Origin: an uncultured delta proteobacterium
GTDB lineage: Bacteria > Myxococcota > Myxococcia > Myxococcales > Myxococcaceae
DNA: 64,000 bases
Reading direction: 5' to 3'
Assembly: GCA_963771175.1 (NCBI GenBank)
Contig: CAVYSY010000033.1
Coordinates: 522,293-586,292, forward strand
Shown here: in pieces, positions 1 to 10,245 of the stretch
How the letters are laid out: each line of letters opens with the position of its first letter
Numbering within the stretch: the first letter of the stretch is position 1
Notes under the pieces: generated by a model
Databases searched by the model: none
Seen by the model: only the letters and a program-made list of their open reading frames with translations
What the model was told of the DNA's origin: nothing
Program-made: the position numbers and the translations under genes

Positions 1-891
1 GTGGCTCCCGAGCGGGCGGACGGGTTCACCCCGGAGCTTCCCGCGCCTGGGACTCGGAGTGACATCCGGCAGGTCGCCCGAGAGGTCCTCGAGGACGGAG
101 CGGCGGACCGTTTCGAGCAGCGAATCCACCGCTGGTCCGGCCCGGAGGACGTGGTCGGCGAGGCGGGCGAGAAACCCTACGAGGGCCAGCAGCACACCTT
201 CGCGGAGCACGCGTGGCGGAACGCGCTCACGATGCGCGACCTCGACTCGGTGCTCCGGGGCGACGTCCTGGTGATGAGGGGCCGCGCCGGGCAGGCGGAC
301 TATGTGCTGCGCGACCACCACATGCTCGACGTGGCCCTCTACCACTACCGCACGACGGGGGAGCTGCCGCGCACCCTCTTCCACGCGGATCGCCACTCCG
401 ACTGGTGCAAGGACAGCTTCCTGGAGTCGCGCACGCCCCCGCAGGCGGCCACCTGGTGGAAGCTCTTCGAGGGGCTCAAGCGGCCGGAGGGCTCCGAGCC
501 CGTGCTCAACGAGCAGGACGTCTTCTTCACCACCGCCCAGGCCGAGCACCGGCCCTGGATGACCGGCCGGAACGTGGACGCCTCCCTCCGCGTCCCCTGG
601 TTCGTGGACACCGGCGAGCTGCACTGGCAGCAGGTGCTCGACCGGCCCGGCGCGACCGGGACGGATTGGGTCTCCTTGGACCTGGACTACTTCCAGCCCT
701 CGCCGCAGCTCCGGCTGAGCGGTGGCCTCCTGCGGGATGCGCGCTTCCACGGGATGATGGCGGAGGCCCGGGTCCGGGTCTTCGTGCTCTCGCCCCAGTT
801 CACCAATGGGGGAGACAAGATCGATCCCTGGGAGATCCAGGGCGGCCTCCACTCGACGCTCCGGCTGCTGAACCTGCTGCGCCGACCCTGA
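1..891 (+). CDS. Hypothetical protein, arginase/deacetylase-like fold (UPF0489-like)
   Basis: 296 aa ORF from GTG at window edge (may be 5'-incomplete); motifs DHH, FHADRHSD and VSLDLDYF resemble metal-binding motifs of the arginase/HDAC superfamily. Confidence 0.55.
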   Translation: MAPERADGFTPELPAPGTRSDIRQVAREVLEDGAADRFEQRIHRWSGPEDVVGEAGEKPYEGQQHTFAEHAWRNALTMRDLDSVLRGDVLVMRGRAGQADYVLRDHHMLDVALYHYRTTGELPRTLFHADRHSDWCKDSFLESRTPPQAATWWKLFEGLKRPEGSEPVLNEQDVFFTTAQAEHRPWMTGRNVDASLRVPWFVDTGELHWQQVLDRPGATGTDWVSLDLDYFQPSPQLRLSGGLLRDARFHGMMAEARVRVFVLSPQFTNGGDKIDPWEIQGGLHSTLRLLNLLRRP

Positions 892-934
892 AAGACGACG
901 GGCGGCCCCTCCGTGAGGAAGGACCGCCCATCGT
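891..934 (-). terminator. Intrinsic terminator of the M4 protease gene
   Basis: Stem 895-912 / 917-934; its C-A mismatches on + become G-U pairs on the - strand RNA, followed by UCUUU; lies between convergent genes. Confidence 0.6.
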
Positions 935-957
935 TCAACCCCTACAGCCCAGCCGGG

Positions 958-3171
958 TTACGGCTTGGTGTAGTTGAGGGTCAGGGTGTAGGAGCCCGCG
1001 GAGGCGCCGCGCACCATGACGTAGGCGTTGCTCTGACCGGCCGGCACCGTGAGGGTGCACGTCTCGGAGGCGCCGGACGCGTTCGAGCGGCAGTCGTAGG
1101 CGCTGGTGGTGGGCGCCGAGCCGAAGCGCACGTACAGGTCGGGGTTGCCCGAGCCCGTCATGGTCACCGTGAAGGAGGTGCCGGCCACCACGCTGTACGG
1201 GCCGTAGTTGTCGAGCTCGCGCTTGGCCACGGTGCCGCTGACCGTCTCGGTCACCGGCGTGCCGGTGCCGCCGCCCGAGCCGCTGTAGCTGCCCTTGAGG
1301 GTGACGCCCGAGTACGCCGAGTAGGCGTTGAGCATCACGTACCAGGTGCCCGCGGCCGGGTTGGTGAAGGAGCAGAGCTCCGCGTTGCCGCTCTTGTACG
1401 GACGGCAGTCGTAGGTGCTGGAGCTCGGGACGGCGCCGTAGCGCACGTACAGGTCCGCGTCACCCGTGCCGCCGCTGATCTCGAAGGCCACGCTCGGCTG
1501 ACCGGCGGGCACCTCGAGCGAGTAGTACTTCTTGTTGCCGGAGCTGCCGGAGAGGCTGCTCACCGGCACGCCGTTGGTCAGCGGGTCGACCACCGGAGGC
1601 GGAGGAGGCACGCCCACGGCCTTCCAGGCCTCGTTGACGGCGCTCGCCTCGGCCGAGCCCGCACCGTAGAGGGCCTCGGCGGCCTGCACGGTGTACGTCT
1701 TGGCCTGCTCGAAGGTGGTGCCGGAGGTGAAGAGGTCCGTGTTGGCCTTGTAGAAGATGCGGCCGGCCTTCTCCGGGCCAATCGCCGCCACGGCGTTGCT
1801 CGTCTTGCCACGCGGGTGCGTGCCGCCCTTGGAGAGCATCGAGAACACCAGGTTGCTGATGCCCGAGCTGTAGTGCACGTCCACGCCCGAGGAGTAGTCG
1901 CCGTAGAAGTCGAGCGAGCTGCCGTCCTTGGCCGGGTCGTCCATGTAGCGGAGCGCGTCACCCGCGGTGGCCGGCGTCCAGATGTCCTCGCCAATCTTGA
2001 AGACGTCCGCGTCCACCGCCCAGCTGCGCGTCCAGCTCTCGCACACGCCGGCGAAGATGTCGGACATGGACTCGTTGAGGCCGCCGGACTCACCCGAGTA
2101 CACGAGGTTCGACTCGGTGTCCGTCACGGCGTGGGTCAGCTCGTGGACGGTCACGTCCAGGTCCTTGCCCAGCTCGATGGAGTCCGTGCCGTTGCCGTCG
2201 CCGTACACCATCTGGGTGCCGTCCCAGTAGGCGTTGACGTAGTTGGTGCTGTAGTGGACCGTGCTGGTGAGCGTGGCGCCCGCGTTGTCGTACGAGTCGC
2301 GACCGAAGAGCACGCTGTAGCACTCGTAGGTCTTCCCCAGCATGTCGTAGTTGATGTCGACGTGGGCATCGCCGATGGCGGCCTGGCCCTCGCTGCGCTT
2401 GAGGGTGCCCGGGGTGCTGGTGCCGTTGTTGGCCGAGTACACCTTGCGGTTCATCGCGGTGTGGATGAGCGGGTTCACCAGCAGGGTGCCGCCGCGCTCC
2501 GCGTCCACGTAGACGAGGTCATCGGCGGGCATGCCGTCGCGCTCGCCCTTCACGCGAACCTCGTAGGCCAGCCGAGGCTCCTGGCTGCCCTCGGAGCGCA
2601 GGTAGAGCAGCTTCGCCCCGCCCTCGGCGAAGGCACCGCGCGCGGAGGAGCCGTCCACGGCCGCCTTCAGCGCGGCCTCGGGGGCGACCTTCGCCCGCGC
2701 GGGCGCCAGCGAGCCATCACGGGCCGAGCCGTTGGCGCCGTAGACATTGCCCGCCGCGTCCACGTGCACGACGAGCTCGCCGCCCACCACCGGGAGGCCG
2801 TTCTTCGTCTGCTGGAAGCGCAGGTGCCGGTGGCCCTGCTCGTCCACCGTGGTGCGCTGGAACACCAGGTCGTTCCCGCTCACCCGGAACACCGGGCCCA
2901 CGAGGCTCAGCGCCTCACGCACATCCAGGTCCGCCGAGCGCGCCAGCGTGCCCTGTACCTGGGCCGCCCGACCGAACTGACCCCGGACGGAGTAGGGAAC
3001 GCCCTCGTCGCTGCCCAGCACCTGGGCACCCTTGATGCGAGCCAGAGCAGAGCGGATGTCCGCGTCATCGCCCGCGCTCACGGGCGCCTCGCCCTCCTGC
3101 ATCGAACCGCACGCGGCCAGGCTCGCACCGAGCCACGCCACACAAAACGTCTTCAAGAACCGGTTGCTCAC
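958..3171 (-). CDS. M4 family (thermolysin-like) metalloprotease lipoprotein with FTP/PepSY propeptide and two C-terminal PPC domains
   Basis: HELTH and GGLNESMSD zinc motifs, NAYWDG, VHYSSGI; lipobox LAAC; two D(A/P)DLYVR PPC repeats; GTG start at 3171 after GAGG. Confidence 0.93.
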   Translation of the reverse strand: MSNRFLKTFCVAWLGASLAACGSMQEGEAPVSAGDDADIRSALARIKGAQVLGSDEGVPYSVRGQFGRAAQVQGTLARSADLDVREALSLVGPVFRVSGNDLVFQRTTVDEQGHRHLRFQQTKNGLPVVGGELVVHVDAAGNVYGANGSARDGSLAPARAKVAPEAALKAAVDGSSARGAFAEGGAKLLYLRSEGSQEPRLAYEVRVKGERDGMPADDLVYVDAERGGTLLVNPLIHTAMNRKVYSANNGTSTPGTLKRSEGQAAIGDAHVDINYDMLGKTYECYSVLFGRDSYDNAGATLTSTVHYSTNYVNAYWDGTQMVYGDGNGTDSIELGKDLDVTVHELTHAVTDTESNLVYSGESGGLNESMSDIFAGVCESWTRSWAVDADVFKIGEDIWTPATAGDALRYMDDPAKDGSSLDFYGDYSSGVDVHYSSGISNLVFSMLSKGGTHPRGKTSNAVAAIGPEKAGRIFYKANTDLFTSGTTFEQAKTYTVQAAEALYGAGSAEASAVNEAWKAVGVPPPPPVVDPLTNGVPVSSLSGSSGNKKYYSLEVPAGQPSVAFEISGGTGDADLYVRYGAVPSSSTYDCRPYKSGNAELCSFTNPAAGTWYVMLNAYSAYSGVTLKGSYSGSGGGTGTPVTETVSGTVAKRELDNYGPYSVVAGTSFTVTMTGSGNPDLYVRFGSAPTTSAYDCRSNASGASETCTLTVPAGQSNAYVMVRGASAGSYTLTLNYTKP

Positions 3172-3475
3172 TCGCACCTCTCCGAAGAAGGTGCCTCTTT
3201 CTTGACATGCATGTTGCTTGGGTTTCAAGGCGAGGTGCTGATTTTCCCGATTTTTTCCGATGACTATTTGTAAACGTCGAAGAGAAACCAACTGGCTCCT
3301 CTGTAAATGCTGTCAGGGTGATGGGTTTTTCTCTGGCCGCGAGAAAAACCAGTTCCCGGCGGGCCTCGAATGCCCACCATGAACGCCGCCTGGAACGGCG
3401 CGATGAACCGGGGGAGGCGGGCCGCTATCCTGCGCTCCCCTCCCCTCGCGGCCCCAGGAACCCGAAGAGCCCTCC

Positions 3476-4765
3476 ATGAAGCTCACGAAGCTCCGCATCC
3501 ACAAGTACCGGGACGTCGCGCCTGACACCGAACTCGTGTTCAGCCCGTCCCTCAACCTGGTGCTCGGCGAGAACGGCACGGGCAGGACGATGCTGCTGGA
3601 CCTGCTCGCCCTCGTCCTCTCCGCGGACTTCTCCGGGCTGCTCCGCGAGGAGTTCTCCCTGGAGTACGGCCTCGCCTTCCCCGGAGTGGACCTCCACATC
3701 TCCGTCCGGAACGAGACGCACACCCCCTCACGGCCGCGACTCTCCCCTCACGACAAGCTGGAGCTCCTGCCACTCCGCACCCCGGAGCCCGTGCCGGAGT
3801 TCGACCCTTTCATGGAACTGGTCCTCCAGCTCCACGAGCCCGCCTCCCGGCTGGTGATGCGCGCCGATGCCTCGGGCATCACCTGGGAGGTGGATGGCCA
3901 GTCCGCCTACACCCAGTCCATGCGGTGGTCCCTGTTGGATCGCACCGTGTGGGTGGTGCTCTTCATGACGGCCCAGTCCCTCGAAGCCAAGGTCAAGGAC
4001 CGGCTCAAGGAGCTGCTCCGCCGCACCTTCCTGCTCGCGCCCTCGCGCTTCGACGAGGTGCTCGGGTCGTTCGAGCGGATTGGCAGGATTGAATACGGCA
4101 TGGAGATGCGGGGTGAGGAGGTGTTCCCCCTCGGGCTGATGGGGCTGCCCACGTGGATGCCGGGGCTGCTCCGGGAGCGGGTGGCCCGAGGGCCCCTGGC
4201 CGCTGCCATCGACATCCTCCCCGAAGAAGTCGAACACGGCTTCCTCGCGAGGTTCATCGCCCTGGCCGGCTTCGCCACGGGGCGGTTCCGGGTGGAGCTG
4301 CTGGGCAAGCGCAGCTTCGAGGGGGGTGGGCGTCTGGAGTTCGGGCGCTTCGGCTTCAGCTTCACCCGACGGGATGGCTCGCTGGTGTCGCACGAGCACC
4401 TCAGCCACGGGCAGAAGCGACTGCTGTCCTTCCTGTACTACCTGGACGTCAACGAGGACTTCGTCATCGCGGACGAGCTGGCCTCGGGCCTGCACCCGCG
4501 CTGGGTCGAGGCGTGTGTGCGAGAGCTCGACGATCGCCAGGCCTTCGTCACCAGTCAGAACCCTGTCCTGTTCGAGCACCTCCCGCTCGGATCCGCCGAG
4601 GACGTCCGCACCTCCCTCATCCACTGCGAGCTCGGCCCGCGGGAAGGCCGCGAGCAGCGGGTCTGGTGCAACCCCTCGGAAGAGACGGCCGCGAAGCTCT
4701 TCCGCGCGTACCGCGAGGGGAACACGCCGCTCGCGACCCTGCTGCGGACCCACGGCCTGTGGTGA
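3476..4765 (+). CDS. ABC/AAA_21-type ATP-binding protein with degenerate motifs
   Basis: N-terminal MKLTKLRIHKYR, Walker A GENGTGRT, signature LSHGQKR, Walker B FVIADE. Confidence 0.8.
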   Translation: MKLTKLRIHKYRDVAPDTELVFSPSLNLVLGENGTGRTMLLDLLALVLSADFSGLLREEFSLEYGLAFPGVDLHISVRNETHTPSRPRLSPHDKLELLPLRTPEPVPEFDPFMELVLQLHEPASRLVMRADASGITWEVDGQSAYTQSMRWSLLDRTVWVVLFMTAQSLEAKVKDRLKELLRRTFLLAPSRFDEVLGSFERIGRIEYGMEMRGEEVFPLGLMGLPTWMPGLLRERVARGPLAAAIDILPEEVEHGFLARFIALAGFATGRFRVELLGKRSFEGGGRLEFGRFGFSFTRRDGSLVSHEHLSHGQKRLLSFLYYLDVNEDFVIADELASGLHPRWVEACVRELDDRQAFVTSQNPVLFEHLPLGSAEDVRTSLIHCELGPREGREQRVWCNPSEETAAKLFRAYREGNTPLATLLRTHGLW

Positions 4766-4778
4766 GCGCCGGCGGCGT

Positions 4779-5657
4779 TCAGCCCTGGGCCTGCCGCTCC
4801 CGCTCCAGCTCGGCCCGGAAGAAGGCCCTGCCCTCGGCGAGCTTCTCCATGTAGGGCCGCACGTCCTCGCGGGACTCGGGAGACAGCAGCGCGAAGGGCG
4901 TCACGTGCTCGTCCGGCACGTAGCGGAACGTGAGGTTGATTCGCCGGGTCCTGAAGTCCGGCAGCTCGGGCGGCAGCAGGTGGCCGCCTCGGGTGTCCAC
5001 CCGCTGCACCCGGTGGAAGGTCTGATCCTTCCAGCGCGCACCACCGAAGAGCTGCAACGCGCCATCGTCGAGCCACTGCTCGAGCACCACCTCGTCGCGC
5101 TCACCCGGGCGAGAGGAGGTGACGAACTGGATGAGCGCGCGCTCGCCAAGGGAGAGCGAGGCCACCGGTCCCGGCTCGAAGTCCTTGTGCTCACCCACCC
5201 GCGCGGTGTCCACCCAGCGCCCGTCCTCCAGGCGGCTGCCGTAGAAGTTCACCAGGCAGGTGTTGAGGTGCCAGCCGGCGGGCATGTCCGGGCCGCGGAA
5301 CATCCGGCGCGAGAGCTGCTCCATCTTGTCCACCTGACGCTGGAGCACCGCCGGGAAGGGCTCGGCCTTCACGCAGCGGTTCTTCACGCCCTTCGGCGGC
5401 CGGTAGTAGTCGAGGCACGCGAACTGCCAGTTGCCCAGCCAGTACACCGGGCGCAGCAGTCGCCGCTGGGGCTGTCCTGGGGGCGGCGGGAAGTGCTTGG
5501 AATAGCGCTCCTCCCACAGCGGATGCAGGGTGCCGAGCCAGGAGAGGATCTCCGCGCGGTCCGTCGCCGAGAGGAAGCTCGCGTTGTAATGGTGGCCCGG
5601 CGTGCGCTGGCGTGCCTTGTGAGACAGCGAGCGGCCGAAGCGGGGCGGGTAGGCCAT
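4779..5657 (-). CDS. AlkB-like 2OG-Fe(II) dioxygenase
   Basis: NTCLVNFY, HKD (HxD), ASLSLG, distal H (FHRV), RINLTFR motifs. Confidence 0.88.
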   Translation of the reverse strand: MAYPPRFGRSLSHKARQRTPGHHYNASFLSATDRAEILSWLGTLHPLWEERYSKHFPPPPGQPQRRLLRPVYWLGNWQFACLDYYRPPKGVKNRCVKAEPFPAVLQRQVDKMEQLSRRMFRGPDMPAGWHLNTCLVNFYGSRLEDGRWVDTARVGEHKDFEPGPVASLSLGERALIQFVTSSRPGERDEVVLEQWLDDGALQLFGGARWKDQTFHRVQRVDTRGGHLLPPELPDFRTRRINLTFRYVPDEHVTPFALLSPESREDVRPYMEKLAEGRAFFRAELERERQAQG

Positions 5658-5861
5658 GGGTTCTCCTTGCACTACCACAGCGCCCCGTGCATGGGGACTC
5701 GCTCCGACGCTTCCCCTCCACCCGGGCGCGAGGCGCTTTGTAGGAATTCCGGACGTTTATGCCGCGCTGCCTCCCCTGGGGGGCGGGGGGGCAGGTCAAC
5801 TCCGGCCGTTCTGCGCAATAATCGGGAGGTGCTCCGCAGAAAAGAAACAAAAGGAGGTCCT

Positions 5862-6680
5862 GTGGGCGAAAACTCGAACCTTGCCGTGGGTTTCCGCAAC
5901 GTCGACCGGACCGAGGCGCCTGACAACGCGGTTCGCTTCCTGGATGCGCTCAACACCACGCACGAAGTGATGGAGATGCAGCGGCTCAGCAACGCCCTGC
6001 TGGAGGTAGGTGAAGGCTCGCGAATCCTGGACGCCGGCTGTGGCCTGGGTGAGCCCACCCGGGCTCTCGCTGCAATCGTGGGGCGGAGCGGACGGGTGGT
6101 GGGCGTCGACCTGAGCGAGAGCATCCTGGCCGAGGCCTATCGGCGGACGGAGGGGACAGGGCTGTCCGTGGAGTACCTGGTGAGCGACATCCACCGGATG
6201 GACTTCCCCGACGAGAGCTTCGACGCGTGCCGCTCCTCCCGCGTCTTCATCTATCTGGACGATCCCCGCAAGGCGCTGAGTGAGCTGCTTCGAATCATCC
6301 GGCCGGGCGGCAGGGTGGTCATCTTCGAGCCCGAGCTGGACAGCTGGGTCCTGGACGGGCCGGATCGGAGCGTGGTCCGCAAGGTGGTCCACTTCTGGGC
6401 CGATCAACTCCGCAACCCCTGGATCGGCCGGCAACTGCCGAGCCTTTTCCACTCCCTGGGCGCCCACAAGGTGACGTATCACCCGGTGGTGGGCACGTGG
6501 ACCCTGGGCATGCTGGAGGTGTTCGGCGTGCACTCCGTACTGGACAAGGCCGTACTGGAGGGCGTGGTGACCCGGACGCAGGTGGACGACTGGCTCCGCT
6601 TCCTGGAGGCGTCCGAGCGTAACGGCACCTTCACCGGCACCATGACGGGAATGATCGTCCGCGGGTTCAAAGCAGCGTGA
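5862..6680 (+). CDS. Class I SAM-dependent methyltransferase
   Basis: ILDAGCGLG motif I, VVGVDLS, FPDESFD, IRPGGRV; GTG start after AAGGAGG. Confidence 0.9.
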   Translation: MGENSNLAVGFRNVDRTEAPDNAVRFLDALNTTHEVMEMQRLSNALLEVGEGSRILDAGCGLGEPTRALAAIVGRSGRVVGVDLSESILAEAYRRTEGTGLSVEYLVSDIHRMDFPDESFDACRSSRVFIYLDDPRKALSELLRIIRPGGRVVIFEPELDSWVLDGPDRSVVRKVVHFWADQLRNPWIGRQLPSLFHSLGAHKVTYHPVVGTWTLGMLEVFGVHSVLDKAVLEGVVTRTQVDDWLRFLEASERNGTFTGTMTGMIVRGFKAA

Positions 6681-6729
6681 CGGTACAGTTCCGCCGCACC
6701 TATAACTCGTAGCACCTTGCTCATTTAAA

Positions 6730-7617
6730 ATGACCTCAATGGTGATGAATCACGCGGAAGACAGCATCGAGAGCGCGGGTGGGATGAAGCTGTACGCCCA
6801 GCGCTGGCGCCCGCAGGGGGAGCCCCGCACGGTGGTGGCCATCGTCCACGGCATCGGTGAGCACAGCGGACGGTTCAAGAAGATCGTCGAGCACCTCGTT
6901 CCCCGAGGCCATGCGGTGTACTCCGTGGATCTCCGGGGGCACGGGCGCTCCCCGGGCCAGCGCGGTCACCTGATGTCGTGGTCGGAGTACCGAGAGGACG
7001 TGAAGGCGCTGCTCGGATGGATTCGCGCGCAGGAGCCCGGCCGTCCCGTCTTCATCTACGGGCACAGCATGGGTGGGCTCATCGTGCTGGACTACATCCT
7101 GCGCCACCCGGAAGGGCTGAACGGCGCGGTCGTCAGCGGCGTCGCCCTGGATTCGGCCGTGGCGGGCCCGGCACTGATCGCCGCCGCGATCCTCTTCCCG
7201 CGCATCTGGCCGACCTTCCGCACCAAGGTGAACCTGAAGCCCGAGGCCCTGAGCCGGGATCCGGCGGTGGTCGCCGACTACCTGGCGGATCCGCTGACCC
7301 ATCGCGAGTGCTCGGCCCGCTGGGCCGCCGAGGCCATCGCCGCCGGCCAGTTCGTGCGAGCCCATGCCTCGGAGCTGCGCGTGCCCCTGCTGATGCTCCA
7401 CGGCGAGGCGGACAGCATCAACTACGCCAGCGGGACCCGTACGTTCTTCGATGCGGTGAGCTTGCCCGACAAGAAGATGCACCTCGTCCCGGGTGGCTAC
7501 CATGAGCCGCACAGCGACCCCGGCTACGAGCAGGTGCTCCAGCTCGTGGAAGAGCACCTGCTCTCGCATGTGCCCGCGAACTCGCAGCCGAGGAACGTGA
7601 GCTCCGGCACCGCCTGA
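6730..7617 (+). CDS. Alpha/beta hydrolase (lysophospholipase/monoacylglycerol lipase type)
   Basis: HGIGEHSGR, DLRGHGRS, GHSMGG nucleophile elbow, HGEAD, GGYHE. Confidence 0.92.
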   Translation: MTSMVMNHAEDSIESAGGMKLYAQRWRPQGEPRTVVAIVHGIGEHSGRFKKIVEHLVPRGHAVYSVDLRGHGRSPGQRGHLMSWSEYREDVKALLGWIRAQEPGRPVFIYGHSMGGLIVLDYILRHPEGLNGAVVSGVALDSAVAGPALIAAAILFPRIWPTFRTKVNLKPEALSRDPAVVADYLADPLTHRECSARWAAEAIAAGQFVRAHASELRVPLLMLHGEADSINYASGTRTFFDAVSLPDKKMHLVPGGYHEPHSDPGYEQVLQLVEEHLLSHVPANSQPRNVSSGTA

Positions 7618-7637
7618 GCCGCTCTGGAGAAAAAAGA

Positions 7638-8276
7638 ATGTTCAAGAAGGTTGTTCTCGCGCTCGCCGTCGCCCTCGTGGGCTTCGGCGCGGTGGTGGCA
7701 TCACGGCCGTCCACCTTCCACGTCGAGCGCTCCATCACCGTGGCCGCCCCCGTCGAGCTCCCCTTCGGGCTGGTGAACGATTTCCACAAGTGGCGCTTCT
7801 GGTCGCCGTGGGAAGCGCTCGACCCGAAGATGAAGAGGACCTTCGACGGGCCCTTCGCAGGGCCCGGCGCCATCTACGCCTGGGCCGGCAACAAGGACGT
7901 CGGCAAGGGGCAGATGACCATCCTGGAGTCACAGCCCTACGAGAGCATCCGCATCCTGCTCGAGTTCACCGAGCCCTGGCCCGCCACGAGCAACACCACC
8001 GTCACCTTCCAGCCCGTCCCCGAGGGCATCCGGGTGACGTGGGCCATGGAGGGGAAGAACGATTTCATAGGCAAGGCCTTCTCCCTGTTCATGGACATGG
8101 ACGCGATGATCGGAAAGGACCTCGAGAAGGGCCTCGCCACCATCCAGTCGCTGACCGAGAACGAGGCGAAGAACCGGCGCGAGCGGGAGGCCCTGCTCAA
8201 GGCCAGGGCCGAGGAGGCCGCGCGGGCTGCCCAGGCTCCCGCTCCGGCGCCCCAGGCGACCCCGACCACGCCGTGA
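7638..8276 (+). CDS. SRPBCC (polyketide cyclase-like) family protein
   Basis: N-terminal membrane anchor, VERSITVAAP, WSPW, GKDLEKGLATI motifs. Confidence 0.85.
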   Translation: MFKKVVLALAVALVGFGAVVASRPSTFHVERSITVAAPVELPFGLVNDFHKWRFWSPWEALDPKMKRTFDGPFAGPGAIYAWAGNKDVGKGQMTILESQPYESIRILLEFTEPWPATSNTTVTFQPVPEGIRVTWAMEGKNDFIGKAFSLFMDMDAMIGKDLEKGLATIQSLTENEAKNRREREALLKARAEEAARAAQAPAPAPQATPTTP

Positions 8277-8479
8277 GCCAGGCCCGGGGCTTCCCGGCGA
8301 GCAGGGCCCTCCTGAGAGGGAGGGCCCCGTGGCATGCCTCGCCGCCCACCCTCCATGCGCCCTACTGAGCCGAGGGCGACCTGACGACCGCCACTCGGGC
8401 GCGATGCGCACGATGAGGGAAAGGACACGTGCCGCCGCCCGGAGCCTGGGGCGTGGGCACCCCAGGATGGAGCGAGGCC

Positions 8480-8728
8480 ATGGACAAGAAGGAATGGCTC
8501 AACCGGCCCATGGGCATCCCGGTGGACCCGGAGAAGCAGAAGGACCCCGAGGCCGCCGGGGACCGGGTTCCCGTCGAGGGCCGTGCCGAGAGGTTGAACG
8601 ACGTGACCGGCCAGGGTGGCGGCCAACGCACCGACGTCAGCGGCCACCCCACCAAGGACGAGGGAGTGAAGGGAGGCGCCTTCGAGAAGTACGGCGGACG
8701 GGGTGAGCCGCCAGAAGACATGGATTGA
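8480..8728 (+). CDS. Small hydrophilic hypothetical protein
   Basis: 82 aa with high GC3 codon use, GAGG before ATG. Confidence 0.55.
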   Translation: MDKKEWLNRPMGIPVDPEKQKDPEAAGDRVPVEGRAERLNDVTGQGGGQRTDVSGHPTKDEGVKGGAFEKYGGRGEPPEDMD

Positions 8729-8858
8729 CTCCGGACGAAGAGCGTCCATAGGGGGCGCCCCAGGGCCTTCTGTGCATCCAGCAACGCTTGGCTTTTGGAC
8801 CTGGTGGCATGCGGTCCTCCCTCCAAGCACGTGTCAGAGCGCGGCGTATCCTTCGGGA

Positions 8859-10097
8859 ATGATGCAGCGACACGCCTCCCGTATCGTCCTCCTCCTCTGG
8901 CTCACTGCGGGACTGGGCGCTCTCGGACAGGCCCCTACCCCGTCCGCCCAGGCGCAGGCGCCCCAGGTCACCTTCGAGGTGACGGTCCCTCCCGAGACCC
9001 CGCCGGACGCGGAGGTGTGGCTCTCCGGAAACCACGCCGCCCTGGGCCAGTGGAACGGCGCGGGAGTGAAGCTGACGCGCTCGCCGGAGGGGCGCTACAC
9101 CACCCGCCTGCCGCTGCCGGCGGGCACCGCGCTCGAGTACAAGGTAACGCGCGGCTCGTGGGCCACCGTGGAGAAGGACGCCTCCGGCCAGGAGCTCCCC
9201 AATCGCGCCTTGCGCGTGGACAGCCGCTCCGAGCGCGTCTCCCTCACCGTGGCCCGCTGGGCCGACCAGGGTGGCGCATCGCCCGCCCCCTCCACGGTCA
9301 CGGGCAACGTCCGCTACCTGCGCGACGTGACGTCGCGCCACCTGCCTCGCAAGCGCGACATCATCGTCTGGCTGCCGCCCGACTACGACACCAACCCGAA
9401 GCGCCGCTACCCGGTGCTCTACATGCACGACGGGCAGAACCTGATGGACGCCGCCACCTCGTTCTCCGGCGAGTGGCACGTGGACGAGACGGCGCAACAG
9501 CTCGTGCGGGCCGGAGAGGTGGAGCCGCTCATCATCGTTGGCATCTACAACACCGAGGATCGCTTCTTCGAGTACACCCAGGTGCGCGACACCGGCGAGT
9601 ACGCCCAGCTCGGCGGCGGCAACGCGGATGCCTACGGGCGATTCCTCGTCGAGGAACTCAAACCCCTCATCGACAAGACGTTCCGCACCCGGCCCGGCCC
9701 CGCGGACACGGGACTCGCGGGCTCCTCGCTGGGAGGTCTGGTGACGATGTACCTGGGCCTGAACCATCCGGGCACCTTCCGGCGCCTGGGGGTGGTGTCC
9801 CCCTCCGTCTTCTGGGCCAACCGGGACATCCTCAACCGGGTGAAGGGCCTGCGGAAGAAGCCCGCCTCGCGCGTCTGGGTGGACATCGGCACCGAGGAGT
9901 CGAAAGGCAGCCAGGAGACGGTGGACGACACCCGGCTGCTGCGCGATGCGCTGGTGGCCCGGGGTTGGGTGCTCGGCAAGGACCTCCAGTACGTGGAGGT
10001 GCCCGGCGCATTCCACACCGAGAGCGCCTGGGCCGAGCGCTTCGACGACCTCCTCCGCTACCTCTACCGAGCCCCCGCGGCCCGACCCAAGCCCTGA
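8859..10097 (+). CDS. Secreted CBM20-like domain + alpha/beta hydrolase (esterase family)
   Basis: Signal peptide; SGNHAALGQW and EYKVTRGSW (CBM20-like); YPVLYMHDGQN, GSSLGG, HTESAW. Confidence 0.88.
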   Translation: MMQRHASRIVLLLWLTAGLGALGQAPTPSAQAQAPQVTFEVTVPPETPPDAEVWLSGNHAALGQWNGAGVKLTRSPEGRYTTRLPLPAGTALEYKVTRGSWATVEKDASGQELPNRALRVDSRSERVSLTVARWADQGGASPAPSTVTGNVRYLRDVTSRHLPRKRDIIVWLPPDYDTNPKRRYPVLYMHDGQNLMDAATSFSGEWHVDETAQQLVRAGEVEPLIIVGIYNTEDRFFEYTQVRDTGEYAQLGGGNADAYGRFLVEELKPLIDKTFRTRPGPADTGLAGSSLGGLVTMYLGLNHPGTFRRLGVVSPSVFWANRDILNRVKGLRKKPASRVWVDIGTEESKGSQETVDDTRLLRDALVARGWVLGKDLQYVEVPGAFHTESAWAERFDDLLRYLYRAPAARPKP

Positions 10098-10139
10098 GCT
10101 CGGGGCGCGCGGCCGCGACGTCCCTCACTCCGATGCGGC

Positions 10140-10245
10140 CGTCGGCACAGCCGCTCCAGGCCCTGTCTGTCGTTGGCACGCAAATGCGTGTTGGCGTGCA
10201 GGGAGAAGCCCTCCAGGAAGGCGCACCGGGGCTGCTTCTGGGAGG
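10140..10245 (-). mobile_element. IS91/ISCR-family rolling-circle transposase remnant
   Basis: Translates to QPRCAFLEGFSLHANTHLRANDRQGLERLCR, matching the GFSLHA...DR..LERLCR segment of IS91-type transposases; rest of gene absent. Confidence 0.7.

Noticed and set aside
913..3273. Long antisense/alternate-frame ORFs (e.g. 913-3273 +, 22468-25230 +, 47229-49346 -, 57091-59286 -)
   Set aside because: Shadows of real genes caused by high GC3; no motifs of their own
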